Below, in pieces: positions 40,870 to 55,392 of a stretch of 64,000 nucleotides of DNA (positions within the stretch are counted from its first letter, which is position 1; the number at the start of each line of letters is the position of its first letter). Under the pieces are notes generated by a model. It made no database searches, was not told the origin of the DNA, and saw nothing but the letters and a program-made list of their open reading frames with translations. The stretch is from NCBI GenBank assembly GCA_951406725.2, contig OX597830.1:49228001-49292000 (forward strand), in the 5' to 3' direction. Source of the stretch: Octopus vulgaris (Eukaryota). A program made the translations under genes and the position numbers.

Positions 40870-41270
40870 AGGAGTGGCTGTGTGGTAAGTAGCTTGTTTA
40901 CCAACCACATGGTTCCGGGTTCAGTCCCACTGCGTGGCACCTTGGGCAAGTGTCTTCTACTATAGCCTCGGCCGACCAAAGCCTTGTGACGGGTAGACGG
41001 AAACTGAAAGAAGCCTGTCGTATATATGTATATATATATATAAGTGTGTATGTTTGTGTGTCTGTGTTTGTCCCCCTAGCATTGCTTGACAACCGATGCT
41101 GGTGTGTTTATGTCCCCGTTACTTAGCGGTTCGGCAAAAGAGACCGATAGAATAAGTACTGGGCTTACAAAAGAATAAGTTCCAGGGTCGAATTGCTCGA
41201 TTAAAGGCGGTGCTCCAGCATGGCCGCAGTCAAATGACTGAAACAAGTAAAAGAGTAAAAGAGTAAAAGA
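40866..41270 (+). mobile_element. tRNA-derived SINE family A, full length
   Basis: A-box tggctgtgtggt and B-box ggttcagtccc, internal TA/TG microsatellite, tail ggcggtgctccagcatggccgcagtcaaatgactgaaacaagt(aaaagagt)n. Confidence 0.93.
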
Positions 41271-41529
41271 ATATATATATATATATATATTTGTATGTAT
41301 GTGTGTGTATATATATAAAAGTCATTTAGAATATTTAATTCGAATGAGGTAAATCAAAAATGGAGAAGTAGAGGTAATTAATATCTTACATCACCTGGGA
41401 TATCCCAGGTGATGTGTCAACATATCCATATTCCGTCTTCGGAGACAAGGTGTGTATTCAGGAAAGTTTTAGACAGAGAATTCACAGTATATAAAAGAAT
41501 GAAATAGTAGTTAGAATCATAAAGACAGT

Positions 41530-41578
<49 letters not shown>

Positions 41579-41594
41579 TAATAATAATAATAAT

Positions 41595-41635
<41 letters not shown>

Positions 41636-41637
41636 TG

Positions 41638-41850
41638 ATCCTTTCTACAATAGGCACAATGCTTGAACTTTGGAAGATGGTATAAATCGATTACATCGAC
41701 CCCAGTGCGTAACAGGTACTCATTAGAACGACCCCGAAAGTTATGAAAGGCAAAGTCGACATCGGCGGAATTTACACTCAGAAAGCAAAGACAGTCGAAG
41801 TGCCGCTTAACATTTTTCTGGCATGCTAACGATTCTTCCAGCTCACCTAA
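41638..41850 (-). mobile_element. Nin/Deu-domain-like SINE between (TAA)n tracts
   Basis: atgaaaggcaaagtcgacatcggcggaattt...aacgattcttccagctcacct. Confidence 0.85.
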
Positions 41851-41906
41851 TAATAATAATAATAAAAAAAATAATAATAATCATAATAATAATAATAATA
41901 ATAATC

Positions 41907-41961
<55 letters not shown>

Positions 41962-41981
41962 TGATGATGATGATGATGATG

Positions 41982-42013
<32 letters not shown>

Positions 42014-42563
42014 TGATGCAGTACCAGGCAGTGACTCTCATGGCTTCTGATCTTAACTGATTGGAAGTGTTATCATGTACATTGTTTTGTCTTGGTATAA
42101 AAGATGGGCTACAGCAAATATTCTGCTCAATACCACAGATTTGCTTGTTAGTTGTTTGACCATAACCAGTTGAGCATGTCTCTTAGAGGCTGACGATATG
42201 TGCATCTCTGATCACGAGCAGAAGTAGTGGGGGAGCATCATAGCCATGTGTTGAGAGGGATTCTTTGGGGTTTGAATAATTCACCTCTGGAAACATGGGT
42301 GGTTCTTTCAACATCCTGAAACAACCCTTATTCAGGGACCTTTTGAGCGAGATGGTCTACTCAACCTGAAGAAAATTCTAGCTGGGCCCCACCTGCAAGG
42401 TCATGTGCTGTTTATCTTGATATGAGATCACCATGTCGCGCACATATGGTTGTGATGCATGTGCCTGGTGTACCCTTATCAGACGGGTAGTCATGATGGG
42501 TATATTGGGCTTCATATATTTTACCCCAGTGTCACTTTGATGGCATGAACTGCTCTCTCACTC
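42014..42563 (+). mobile_element. (TAA)n-anchored non-coding retroposon, longer copy
   Basis: Homologous to 39046-39493, with about 100 bp extra at the 5' side. (TAA)n lies on both sides. Confidence 0.88.
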
Positions 42564-42654
<91 letters not shown>

Positions 42655-43297
42655 CAACAATGCAAATAATATGTAAGAAACGTCTCGTTTCATAGTGAGA
42701 CGAATATAAGTTTGAAACAAGTGAATACAATAACAGTCAAAAAACAACTTGGCATCAAGCGTCTGCGACGGACCTCAATTAAATTTACAGATTCCACCTT
42801 TCACCACCAGAAAACACCTGTTTATTTTTTGTTCATATTTCCTACCAATTTGTAATTAACTCAAGCTATAAAAAACACTGCAACGAAATTGCTTAATGAG
42901 ACATATAAACTGTAAACGTTGATGCTAAAAGAAGGTAGAAAGGCCTCTGGCGATCACTAGTTGAACTTGCTAAATCAAAAGAAATAGTTGTAATAGTGTG
43001 TGTGTGTATGTGTGATAATTTGGACACCTGACTAACTATTAATGCTTGCTGCGCGACTATCTATAATATTAAAGAAACTAATTGAATTATTTTTGGAGCT
43101 GCGGTGTCTGTTTAGTGTTGGTAGTGGAGTGCGTGGTAGTCTGGGTTATGGCGGTGAATAACTGCATTGTAGTATGTTGAACATATTATAAACATGGACA
43201 ATATCTTTAAACAACACAGCCTTATGCACATAGGAAAAACTCACCGAAATGACTATACTTATATATCCTTTTAACATCTCTCTCTCTTCCCCCTCTC

Positions 43298-43548
<251 letters not shown>

Positions 43549-44242
43549 TCACAGATACGGTTGTGTGTTTGTGTGGGAGTACAGATACAAAATGACGAAC
43601 ATCTTATAAAACTAGAAACTGGTCAGACCTACCGAGTTATGCGGTACACAATATTGTGTAGACGTGCGAATTTGCTTGAGTGTGACTGCGTATATATAGC
43701 ACACCCACGCATACATATATCTGTGCGAGCATATGCGTGTATTTGCGTATTAGTTTGCTCGTTATAAAGTGTACAAACAGATGGTCTTGTTTGTTTGTAT
43801 TCCCATTTGCTGTTGAAACGTTCCATGCTTTAATAAGAACAAATATGGCCCCTAGGAAGATAAATATCCATGTTGGAATATTTCTGTAGGTCTCTTTTTG
43901 AAATGCTGGGATTTTATTATTATTACCACCACTACCACCACCACCACCACCACCACTACAGTCATCATCATTATCGTCATCCTTGTTTGTTATTATCTTC
44001 TTTTAATTCTGTTTCCATTTGTTACCGAGTGTCATCCCAACACCTAGGGCAAACAAACTCACTGTATACATTGGTAGGCTATTAAAAAAAACACGCAAGA
44101 TTGCTCATTTAAAAAGTCATGTGATGGAAAAAGAAGGAGAAGAAAGACAGAGGAAAGTAGGGAAAAAATGAGAAAATGAAAATAGCAAAGAAAATAAAGG
44201 GGGAAAAGGATAGAAAAATGAACAGCGACAATGCTCTTCTCC

Positions 44243-44570
<328 letters not shown>

Positions 44571-44935
44571 AATACTTCACATATTTAAATTCTTATTGTT
44601 TACTATGTTCACTATAGTTGTTTTTGTTTTTTTAACGGAGCGGGACGTTTAAAGTTAGAAAGGCAGACGAGTTAACGTAGTGAATATTTTGGAAATAGAT
44701 GTCAAAATCTATTTCCAACTGATCATTGCAGAGCAGGTTTGACATGCAGAGCATGAAATCAATTGATATTAGGATATGTATTAATTATCTTCGTATTCCA
44801 TTCAGAAGGTAAGCCTATTTAAAAAAATGTTCAATTGCATTGCTCGTGTGTATATTTATCATAACATAGGTGGGTTTTTTTAAGCTTTCGCTTTGATTTT
44901 TAGCTAGCGGTATTTTTACCATTCCTTTCTTCAAT

Positions 44936-45009
<74 letters not shown>

Positions 45010-45010
45010 T

Positions 45011-45072
<62 letters not shown>

Positions 45073-45331
45073 GTATACATGTATATAGGTATATGCATAG
45101 GTATACCTAGATATACTGAGCTTCTCTGAGCATGTCTTATGTTTTATTCTTTCAGCAGTGGTTCCTTTAACATTTTTGCGATTTCTGCAATTTCATTTCC
45201 CTGATTGCTTAGGGTAACTTTTTTCTCACCTGTAACAACAATAATTCAATATACATACCATTATTTCCAATCTTGGTACAACTTTCTAACGAGGTAAATC
45301 CGATTGCATACACACACCTGCGCCCGAACTT

Positions 45332-45429
<98 letters not shown>

Positions 45430-48103
45430 TGCATATAAATAAATCGTTATGCATGCCTAGTCATCTCTCTACGTAGTAAAATAATTAGGGTATCAGAATA
45501 TATCTTTGCAATTTTGAAACGGATATTTTTGGAAACCCTTGCTAAGAGTAAACATGACAAAAATAAAAAATAAAGGCAGTATCATTTTAAAATAAAATAA
45601 CATTAGATAACAGAGGTGGTGGTGTCGAGTACGAAACACATTTAATGCAAGTGTCTAACAGCTTCTGGTAAAATGAATAACTTTGATTACACGAGAAAAA
45701 TACAAAACACAGTGACGTAAGCTGGAAATGTGTCTTCCTATGTTTCCCTCCGTAGGAGCATGAAGAATCATGTATATTCAACGATGCTAAATAAAAAAAA
45801 AACTTCCACTCTTTGGCTAGAATCCTTAATTGTTTTTTTATGCATAAATTCTAGATATATATTCAGAACGTGAATTTGGACACCACTTTAGCGATAAGTT
45901 AATAGAATCCATTACATGCTTTCAAAAGTGATATATTAAAATCCTGTTTATTTGAATGTTATCATACAAATTTTCACAAGTTAAATATTTCAATCATGAT
46001 TTTAAAACTTAATTGAATGTAATTATAAATGATTCAATTAGAACTCGTTTTCGAACCAAGGAGAACAATTGTGGAAATCTCTTCTGTTCACGTATTCGGA
46101 TAAAAAAAATTTAATTCTTTGTAAAAATAAATTTTTCTTATTTTGTTTAAGGGGTCGATTCTAAAATCGAAATTTTGACATTGAAGCTCGAAAGTAGACA
46201 CTCAGAGTTATTTCATATGGCATTCTACTCCTTCTATTCCACTGATTATAAACCTGTTATCTGCTGCGATAATTTTATTGTTGCGATTGTTGTCACTGTC
46301 AAAATGAAGCGAACGTCTTTGCACAGGATTTGGTTTATATCAGTGAAGGCTGATTATGAGCAATAGGCAAATGAATTTACCTGGCGCAAATATTCCCAAA
46401 CAATCTAACGACATACACACTCACTCAAACATGTATATTATCTGCACGTGCGTGCGTCTGTATGTGTGTGTCTACATGTGCATGTGTGTGTGTGTGTGTG
46501 TGTGCCTGTGTCAAAACTAAACATATTCGCTACATTGAAAAATATATTATTTCTACTAACCTTTTCAATTAGGAAATTATTCTAAATAATTAATTAAACA
46601 CATTTTTTCCGTTTAAACACTTTTTACGTTTGGTGCAATCCTTCTTCATACAATATTTTTAATTAAAGCAATTTTTACTGTATTGGAATGGAAAACAAAA
46701 TATAAACAATCAAATAATAAAGACAACAAACACAGTTCTTGATAAGTCTCCGCGTAATTAAATCTTTTATCGCCCATCCCATAACTTGTCATTTTGACAA
46801 AAGTAATTAAACAGATTAGCGATTGCATGACATATGGAATAAAACCAAAAACTGATTAACTATTAATTTCAGTTTCACGAAAATCTTCTTCTTAGTAGTC
46901 TGTGACTACTACAAGAACGTGATTCAGTATATATATATATTTGATATATTTACTTATATATAGGTGTAAAAGCATAAATATAATTATGTGATTGTGCTTT
47001 TATGTGTTTGCGTGTTTAAATATATAATTTAGAAGTAGCAGTTTATTTGATTACATAAATCAGCAAAAGATGATTTCAGATGGCCCAGAAATCATTTCTG
47101 CTTCCCATTTCATAACTGTGCTCAGTTTCTTCTTCAATAGTATGATTTTGTAATGTAATTAATCATATTCAATAAATATATTAGAAACCTTTTTGATAAT
47201 TTTCAGGTTATTTAAGCCGATCATTACCATGTATACGTGTAAAATCATCTGCCATCTTTCTGAAACTTTTAGCTCACAGAAAATGATGATCTGTCAAAAG
47301 GAACTTATGGAAATAAGCTTTGGTTGCGGAATAGGTAAGAAAAACTGTAGATACCATGCTGAATTTGCTCCCCTTTTTAAGAGGATTACATGATTAGTTA
47401 ACAAGAGAGATTGTAAATGATCTTTTATCCTAGCCCTGGTATGGAGAGAACTAACAAATCGTGATATCGGTTGTTTTTTTCGGAGTACTAACGATTGCAT
47501 ATCCAAAGCTGTATGCTGTACAACACAGAGCAATTCAATATGATGAAACAATACCCAACCCGTTATACAATGGGGAGGATTACTTAACACAGAAAATGAA
47601 ATGGAAAGTGATGAAAGTGCAGTCGGTAGAAGTGTTGGATATTTAAGAGGTCCTGAATGCTCTACCGAAGAAAATTTCCAAACAAAGTTATTGATTAAAG
47701 AGCGTTTGACTTATCTCATTACAGTCGTATCACTCGCAAGATGCTTTACAATAACTATCATTCAGAGCTCATCACAAATCTCCCAGGAACGAGCCGTCTT
47801 CAATCTCTAGCTTTAGTTAATCCTAATAATAAGTGTCTGCCAACTCTCCACGTTAAATTTGTTAATATTGTGACTAAATGGAGTTCAAAACGATTTCAGT
47901 AAATTTCGAAATGAATTACAAAATATGAGTACGGCACCAAGGAAGGAAATATTTGTGGGAACGCGGTTCACAGAGGCTTTCAAAGATAATGCATTTCAAC
48001 AAACCATCAATATACTAGAGACTCCTCATATCTCAATCAAAAGTTCTTTGTCGAAACCTTTGGTGCCGTAAACGTTGGGGTAGGATGATTGTATTTCATA
48101 TTT

Positions 48104-48302
48104 CCTTTACTTGCTTCAGTCATTTCACTGTGGTCATGCTAGGGCACTGCCTTTAGCAGAACAAATCGATCCAATTATTTATTCGTTGTAAGCTTAGTAC
48201 TTATTCTATCGGTCTCTTTTGCCGAACTGCTATGTTACGGGGACGTCAACACACCAACATTGTCAAGTGATGGTAGGGGACAAGCACAGACACACACACA
48301 CA

Positions 48303-48368
<66 letters not shown>

Positions 48369-48543
48369 GTATGTGTGTGTATACATATACGACGGGCTAC
48401 TTTCAGTTTTCTTCTACGAAATCCACTCATAAGGCTTTGGTCTGCCCGCGGCTATAGTAGATGACACTTGCCTAAGGTGCCACGCAGTGGAACTGAATCC
48501 GGAACCATGTGGTTGGGAGGAAGCTTCTTATCACACAGCCACG
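48104..48543 (-). mobile_element. tRNA-derived SINE family A
   Basis: rc of the 40866 copy. Confidence 0.9.
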
Positions 48544-49029
48544 AATATTCATGCAGTAAAAACGCGATGGCAGGTAAATTATAAAGGTGGTATGCCGGTT
48601 GATTGTTGTTAGGTGCTATACTTCGGGCAAACAGTCCGAGCTTATAAGAGAAAGTCAAATACACAACATCAAAAAAAAAATTGCGTAATATATGCTTCAA
48701 TTACACGTAAATCTAATTGAATTTGTGATATAAAACTGAAAGAAAAATTAATTTTACATACATTTGTCAACTGTGTGCTAGGTGTTACAGGTCAAACAAT
48801 AAACACATTTTGCATAAAGTATTAATTAATATTACGAAATTATTGATTAAAACAAAACAAAAACTGTTTCAAAAACTAGAAGTGTGAATGAAAAAATCGT
48901 ATTTTATCTCCGATGAAATATGTTTTGCCGATCTGTTTTTTATTTGTTTAGTCTATGATTAAATATGTTTATTAACTCAATAAAGATTATTTAAAACTTT
49001 TAATGTAAGATGACAATAATATTTCTGTA

Positions 49030-49426
49030 TTCTTTTATTTTATTACTTGTTCCAGTCATTTGACTGCGGCCAATTCTGGATCATCGCCTTGAAGGGTTTT
49101 AGTCGAACAAATCGACCTCATGACTTATTTTTTAAGCCTAGTATTTGTTTTCTTTTGCCCAATCGCTAAGGTACAGGAACTTAAACGCACCAACAGTAGA
49201 TGTCAAACGATGATGGGGGAAAAACGCCGACACAAAAATACACGGAACTATATATATATATATGATGGGCTTCTTTCAGTTTTCGTCCACCAAATGCACT
49301 CAGAAGGCTCTTGTTGGCTCGAGGCTATAATAGAAGGCACTTGGCCAAGGTGCTACGCAGTTGGACTGAACCCGGAACTATGTGGTTGAGAAACAAGTTT
49401 CTGACCACTCAGACACGCCTGCGCCT
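49030..49426 (-). mobile_element. tRNA-derived SINE family A (more diverged)
   Basis: rc of the 40866 copy. Confidence 0.88.
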
Positions 49427-49509
49427 ATTATTGCAAAATTTAAGTATAATTTACATTGTATATTGCTGTAAGAGCAGAAAAACAGGTGCCTTTGGTGTGT
49501 GGCTAAAAG

Positions 49510-49599
<90 letters not shown>

Positions 49600-49803
49600 A
49601 TATATATATACATATATATATGTGTGTGTGTGTGTGTATGTGTGTGAATCTATATATATATATTTTTTTAAAGTTTCAGCTGCGGCCATGCTGAAGCACC
49701 GCCGTTTTGCGCTACACTGTTATTACTAGGAGCCTCCTCTAATATGTGGCACTTGATGAAGAATGGAGTTTGATATATGTATGTATATATATATATATCT
49801 ATA

Positions 49804-49887
<84 letters not shown>

Positions 49888-49895
49888 CACATACA

Positions 49896-49928
<33 letters not shown>

Positions 49929-50232
49929 TACATATGTCCATTCTTTATATTTATATATACATATAGCAGCGTACGTACACACTTGTGCTCACCTTATAGT
50001 AGATAATGTATCTAAATTTTGTACGACTCTTTTTACTCTATCTTTTAGTCCCCCTCATACTTTCTTACTCTTTTCTTTTTCTCGGCCACCTCTCCCTCAC
50101 ATATTTCTCACAATGTTAGTCTTTTATATTAAGAGAAAAGGAAGGGGCGAACGAAATAATTTTCCTGAGCCTATTTTTAAGTTTCGTAACATCTTGATTA
50201 ATACTAGAGTAGTTGCATGGATATGTATGAAT

Positions 50233-50627
50233 GTGGAGGCGCATTGGCCCAGTGGTTAGAGCAGCGGACTCGCGGTCGTAGGATCGCGGTTTCGATTCCC
50301 AGACCGGGCGTTGTGAGTGTTTATTGAGCGAAAACACATAAAGCTCCACGAGGCTCCTGCAGGGATGGTGGTGATCCCTGCTGTACTCTTTCACCACAAC
50401 TTTCTCTCACTCTTACTTCCTGTTTCTGTTGTACCTGTATTTCAAAGGGCCGGCCTTGTCACTCTCTGTGTCACGCTGAATAGCCCCGAGAACTACGTTA
50501 AGGGTGCACGTGTCTGTGAAGTGCTCAGCCACTTACACGTTAATTTCACGAGCAGGCTGTTCCGTTGATCGGATAAACCGGAACCCTCGTTGTCGTAACC
50601 GACGGAGTGCTTCAAAAAAAAAAAAAA
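50233..50627 (+). mobile_element. tRNA(Arg-like)-derived SINE family B
   Basis: Head ggcccagtggttagagcagcggactcgcggtcgtaggatcgcggtttcgattccc, poly(A) tail, TSD atgtatgaat (50223-50232 and 50628-50637). Confidence 0.93.
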
Positions 50628-52808
50628 ATGTATGAATATAGTTTGAAGAATTGGAAAATTCCGCCCTGTTCTGCTGTTTCTGTAACTTTCAATGCCAAAG
50701 TTTTGTACAAGTTCTCCCAACCCAGATTTATGACTGTTTCATAGATAAGCTGACCTGTACATGTGATTGATGAAACCGAATCATTTCGACATTTCTGTCA
50801 TGTTTTTCTACATAACTTAGAGGAATAGTGATCAAATCAGAAATACGGATTAGAGAAAAGGAGATTTATTTCAATCAGCCTCTAACCAAACAATTCCTGT
50901 AACACTGGACTCCTTTGTCTTCCTCTTAACCAATGCCCGATCACGATGATATCGAGGATCTCGTTGTCAGAAAAATAATGTCAAAATTTAAACAAAATAT
51001 CAAATTCCTTTATATTCACATACTAATGACGTTAAAGGATGTTTTGAAAGTTTATCGTTTTGATGTTTTGCAAACAATTCCTATAACACTGAACTCCCTC
51101 ATCTTCCTCCTAATCAATATCAATCCGTTTACCGTTTTTAACCCTCCAACTTTATCTTTATCTCCTTGTTACATCATCAGAAGCTTATACGCTGCATGCG
51201 GAAACGAATTCTTTAGTGCATGGCATCTTTAAAATTCATCAAATAACAACCTCCACAGCGGCAGTTTTAGCAGCATTCTCTTTCCCACTCAATTTTGCAC
51301 TCTCTCTCTCCCATCCCATCCTTGTACAGCCTACTTAACACTATCTAATTTAGTATTCTTAAATTTGATGTGCCGTGAAGGAAAAGAGAAGAGTAAAATT
51401 TGGGAGTTGATGATAGATGAACTTGTGTTGAACAATATAAAAATATCGGCTAGTATTTTTATACTTTCCGATCAAGACACTAGAAACCTTTAACTTTATG
51501 CCGCGAGAAAGGGAATTTTATTCCGTGGTTGAAATTGTTAGTTTTATAATCTTACGTCAGATTCTATTGTATTACTAAATAAAGAATTTTTCATGACCTA
51601 TTTATAAGTCTTCTATAAATGTTTGATGTATTTTCTACTTCAAGGACTTGGAGCAAGCTTTGGTTTCGATGGTTTCAACGATGTCTTTCTTTTTGTCAAA
51701 GTCTCAAATCTTCTCTTGCAGCCTTACCATTGAGATTAAGTTCTTGTCTCTCATTTATGGATTATATGTCATTGATGCTATACTCCATCTCACCTGATGT
51801 TCATTACTTTAAACTGACTTTTGCTCCCCTAAACTTTACCCGATCAATACCCGATCCCGATGATTTCGAGGATCTCTTTGTCAGAAAAATAATGTCAAAA
51901 TTTAACTAAAATATCAGATGAGATTATCTGAAACTTTATACAGGTTGTATAAATTATTAAATTCCTTTATATTCACATACTAATGATGTTAAAGCATCTT
52001 TTCAAAGTTTCTCTATTGAGGAATTGTTTGCTCGGATAATTAACTAATACATATTTAGCAAACCTGCAAATGTTTAAAATTAACACTTTTTGGTAACTAG
52101 ATAATAAATAAATGCTTAGATATTCCATGGCATCTGATAGTGATTCTTGAGACGTGTATTCCCAGATTGCAGAAATAAAATAAGCACAGTATTGTGGTAG
52201 ATCAAGGAACTATTGATTTATATCGAGACTTTAGAATTTGTTTAGTATATCAAAGTAATCCGATTGATTCATGCTCCTTTCGTGTTTAGAATTTGATTTC
52301 TCCAACACAGCGAGAACCAAAAAAACCAGCATCATACTCGAAAAACCTCGATTCTGTTACTACAATTTTCTTTCACTATTTCCATTACTGTTATCAGCTA
52401 TCTTAAATCTTTACGCCTTAGTGCGCCACCTAGAGGTATTCAATGATCTAGTTAATTTAAATAGCAATGTGCTGCTGAAATTGAATATTTCAGAAGCGGA
52501 TTTCATTTCTTGGATGCAACACACATTATTCAAATCAACGCATGGCTTCCCTCTGTTGCCAGTAAAACCGCAAGGATAATCAATTAGCATTTTTTGAAAG
52601 AAAAATACTTTTTTTACTTCATCACTGTAATTTCGCCTGGTGTTCAATTCGCTCGATTTTACCTTATTATGATTCCCCTTCACTCTTACGTCCTCGTTAC
52701 GTTTTTCTTTTTGTTTTTGGTAATTTCTCGAGCTTTTCGTCAAAATAGCTATTTTCAATCGATACAGACATTCTGCCGGAGTTTCGTTAAGAGATTCAAG
52801 TCAATATA

Positions 52809-53093
<285 letters not shown>

Positions 53094-53242
53094 CGGAAAA
53101 ATAATTCAAAGCTTTCCCAATGTAGTTTATACATAAAATTGAAGCAATAGATGCTCTTCAGATGCATTTCAAGTTACCTTCAACAGAAATAGGTGGTTTT
53201 ACAAGTCAAAGTCATAAATATTAGTCCAAGTCTCTCTCGCTT

Positions 53243-53274
<32 letters not shown>

Positions 53275-53852
53275 TTTCTATATACATATATTTGAAAAAT
53301 TCTATGAAAATTAATTTTAAGATAAGCGCTAGATTTCAGATATAGAAGTGCTTCATTTGACAATAGTGGTACGAGGATTTCAGAGATGCTAGCTGTTTAT
53401 CGAACCTTACAAGAATTTAAAGTAAAATGGATCTCGAGAAGATTAAATGGTTATAAATATATAAATATCACGAGGAATTTGTCTATCTCTCTATCAATTC
53501 TTTGGACCATATAATCATAAAAACGTTGGGGGTTTATCTGAAATAAATCTGATTAAAATAGGAAACAATTATTAAAGCTAGCTTCATGCCAAACAAGAGG
53601 ATTTTGGCAACGTTCGTGTTACTGTAGAACTTTAATGACGTACACGACATTATATACACATACATACATACATACTTACATACATACATACACACACATA
53701 CATACGCACACACAGACACAGACACACACACACACACACATACACACACACACACATATATATATATGTAAATCAGTAGTAAAAGACAAAACCATTATAA
53801 CGACAATAAATTAATTGTACCTCTTATGCAACTGTATATATATATATATATA

Positions 53853-54032
53853 TGTACCGGAGTAAGCACATAAATGTGAAAGAAGGTGGAAAAAAAGAGT
53901 ACTCAAATACCAGAGGTAGAGTAATATGCTTTATTTAAAAGCAGCAGAAATATAACAAAAGCTGTTACTCGGGGTTTCGCGTTCCCGTTCGTCGGACAGC
54001 TTTGTTAACAGTTTTTATGCTGCTTCTAAATA
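53853..54032 (-). mobile_element. Penelope/retrozyme-like fragment between (TA)n tracts, with hammerhead
   Basis: TA-flanked; contains a hammerhead motif at the top of an extended inverted repeat. Confidence 0.6.
53953..54007 (-). ncRNA. Type I hammerhead ribozyme motif (U4C variant)
   Basis: rc = TAACAAAGCTGT-CCGACGA-ACG-ggaa-CGC-GAAA-CCCCGAG-TA-ACAGCTTTTGTTA: perfect 8-bp stem I (extendable), GUA cleavage triplet. Confidence 0.75.
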
Positions 54033-54048
54033 TAGTATATATATACAT

Positions 54049-54100
<52 letters not shown>

Positions 54101-54104
54101 TTAT

Positions 54105-54148
<44 letters not shown>

Positions 54149-54203
54149 TCTGGTTGTATATACATACATATGTATGTATATATTTTTACATAAACACACA
54201 CAT

Positions 54204-54243
<40 letters not shown>

Positions 54244-54269
54244 GGGAGAGAAATGGGGAATATTTAATT

Positions 54270-54770
54270 TCATTGAGTGGTGATACACTAAAACATATTC
54301 AAAGTTTTAAAAGGCCATCTTTATATATAGCTTAACGGGAGTGTGAGGCCTTCTCAAGACGCTGAAAATGAGGCATCAAACTTGAGATGTCCTCTCATGC
54401 AGATGCATGTCGCGTAAAACTACAAACTGATATCGTAGCAGACAAGAATCGTCTCTTATTGGCACCAGAACGGGCAGATCACGTGATTTCAGTCAGCTGG
54501 GCTTCTTTAATGTGGGGCGTCCGGTGACCGCATACCAGTTAAATATCGCTGCCACGATATATCGAATTTCATAAGGGCTCACGCCTCCTACGATATATGT
54601 CTGACCTTTAATATATCATGAATCCATATGAGAGGACCTCTTAAAGCTAACACGGTAGTTTTCAGCGTTCTAGTAAGACATACACGTTAATTTGAATACA
54701 AAGATTGCCTTTTCGTACTAATACTGCGTCTTTTGATACTAAATTTTCAATGTATATATTACTGAGTGAG
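54270..54770. mobile_element. Old palindromic MITE-like element (~500 bp)
   Basis: Nested complementary blocks aaaaggccatcttt/aaagattgcctttt, acgctgaaaa/ttttcagcgt, gtcctctcatg/tatgagaggac and atatcgtag/ctacgatat. Confidence 0.7.
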
Positions 54771-55007
54771 AGAACAATACGTTCTATTAAATTGACAAGG
54801 GTATACAAATATATGACGTGAATGGAGGAGTAGCCAATGGATGAGTAGCTGTTAATTTAGCAACATTTTCGAGAGTAATAAAAGTAATAGAAAAAATAGA
54901 ACGAAAAAACAATGATCGAATGGATCTAGTGTGGTGGCAAATACATATTTGGTAATCTCGCGGTTTTAAAATATGGATCAGAGATGTTTGTATGTAGAAG
55001 CAAATGT

Positions 55008-55392
55008 GGAAGCACTCCGTTGGTTACGACGATGAGGGTTCCGGTTGATCCGAATCAACGGAACAGCCTGCTCGTGAAATTAATGTGTAAGTGGCTGAGC
55101 ACTCTACAGACACGTGCACCCTTAACGTAGTTCTCGGGGATATTCAGCGTGACACAGTGAGTGACAAGGCCGGCCCCTTGAAATACAGGTACAACAGAAA
55201 CAGGAAGTAAGAGTGAGAGAAAGTTGTGGTGAAAGAGTACAGCAGGGATCACCACCATCCCCTGCCAGAGCCTCGTGGAGCTTTTAGGTGTTTTCGCTCA
55301 ATAAACACTCACAACGCCCGGTCTGGGAATCGAAACCGCGATCCTATGACCGCTAGTCCGCTGCCCTAACCACTGGGCCATTGCGCCTCCAC
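55008..55392 (-). mobile_element. SINE family B
   Basis: rc of the 50233 copy; 13-bp TSD tagaagcaaatgt (54995-55007 and 55393-55405). Confidence 0.95.

Noticed and set aside
50233-50310. tRNA-Arg-like sequence (also at 55320-55392, 56310-56382 and 40866-40935)
   Set aside because: These are SINE heads with an attached body, tail and TSDs; no proper acceptor stem.
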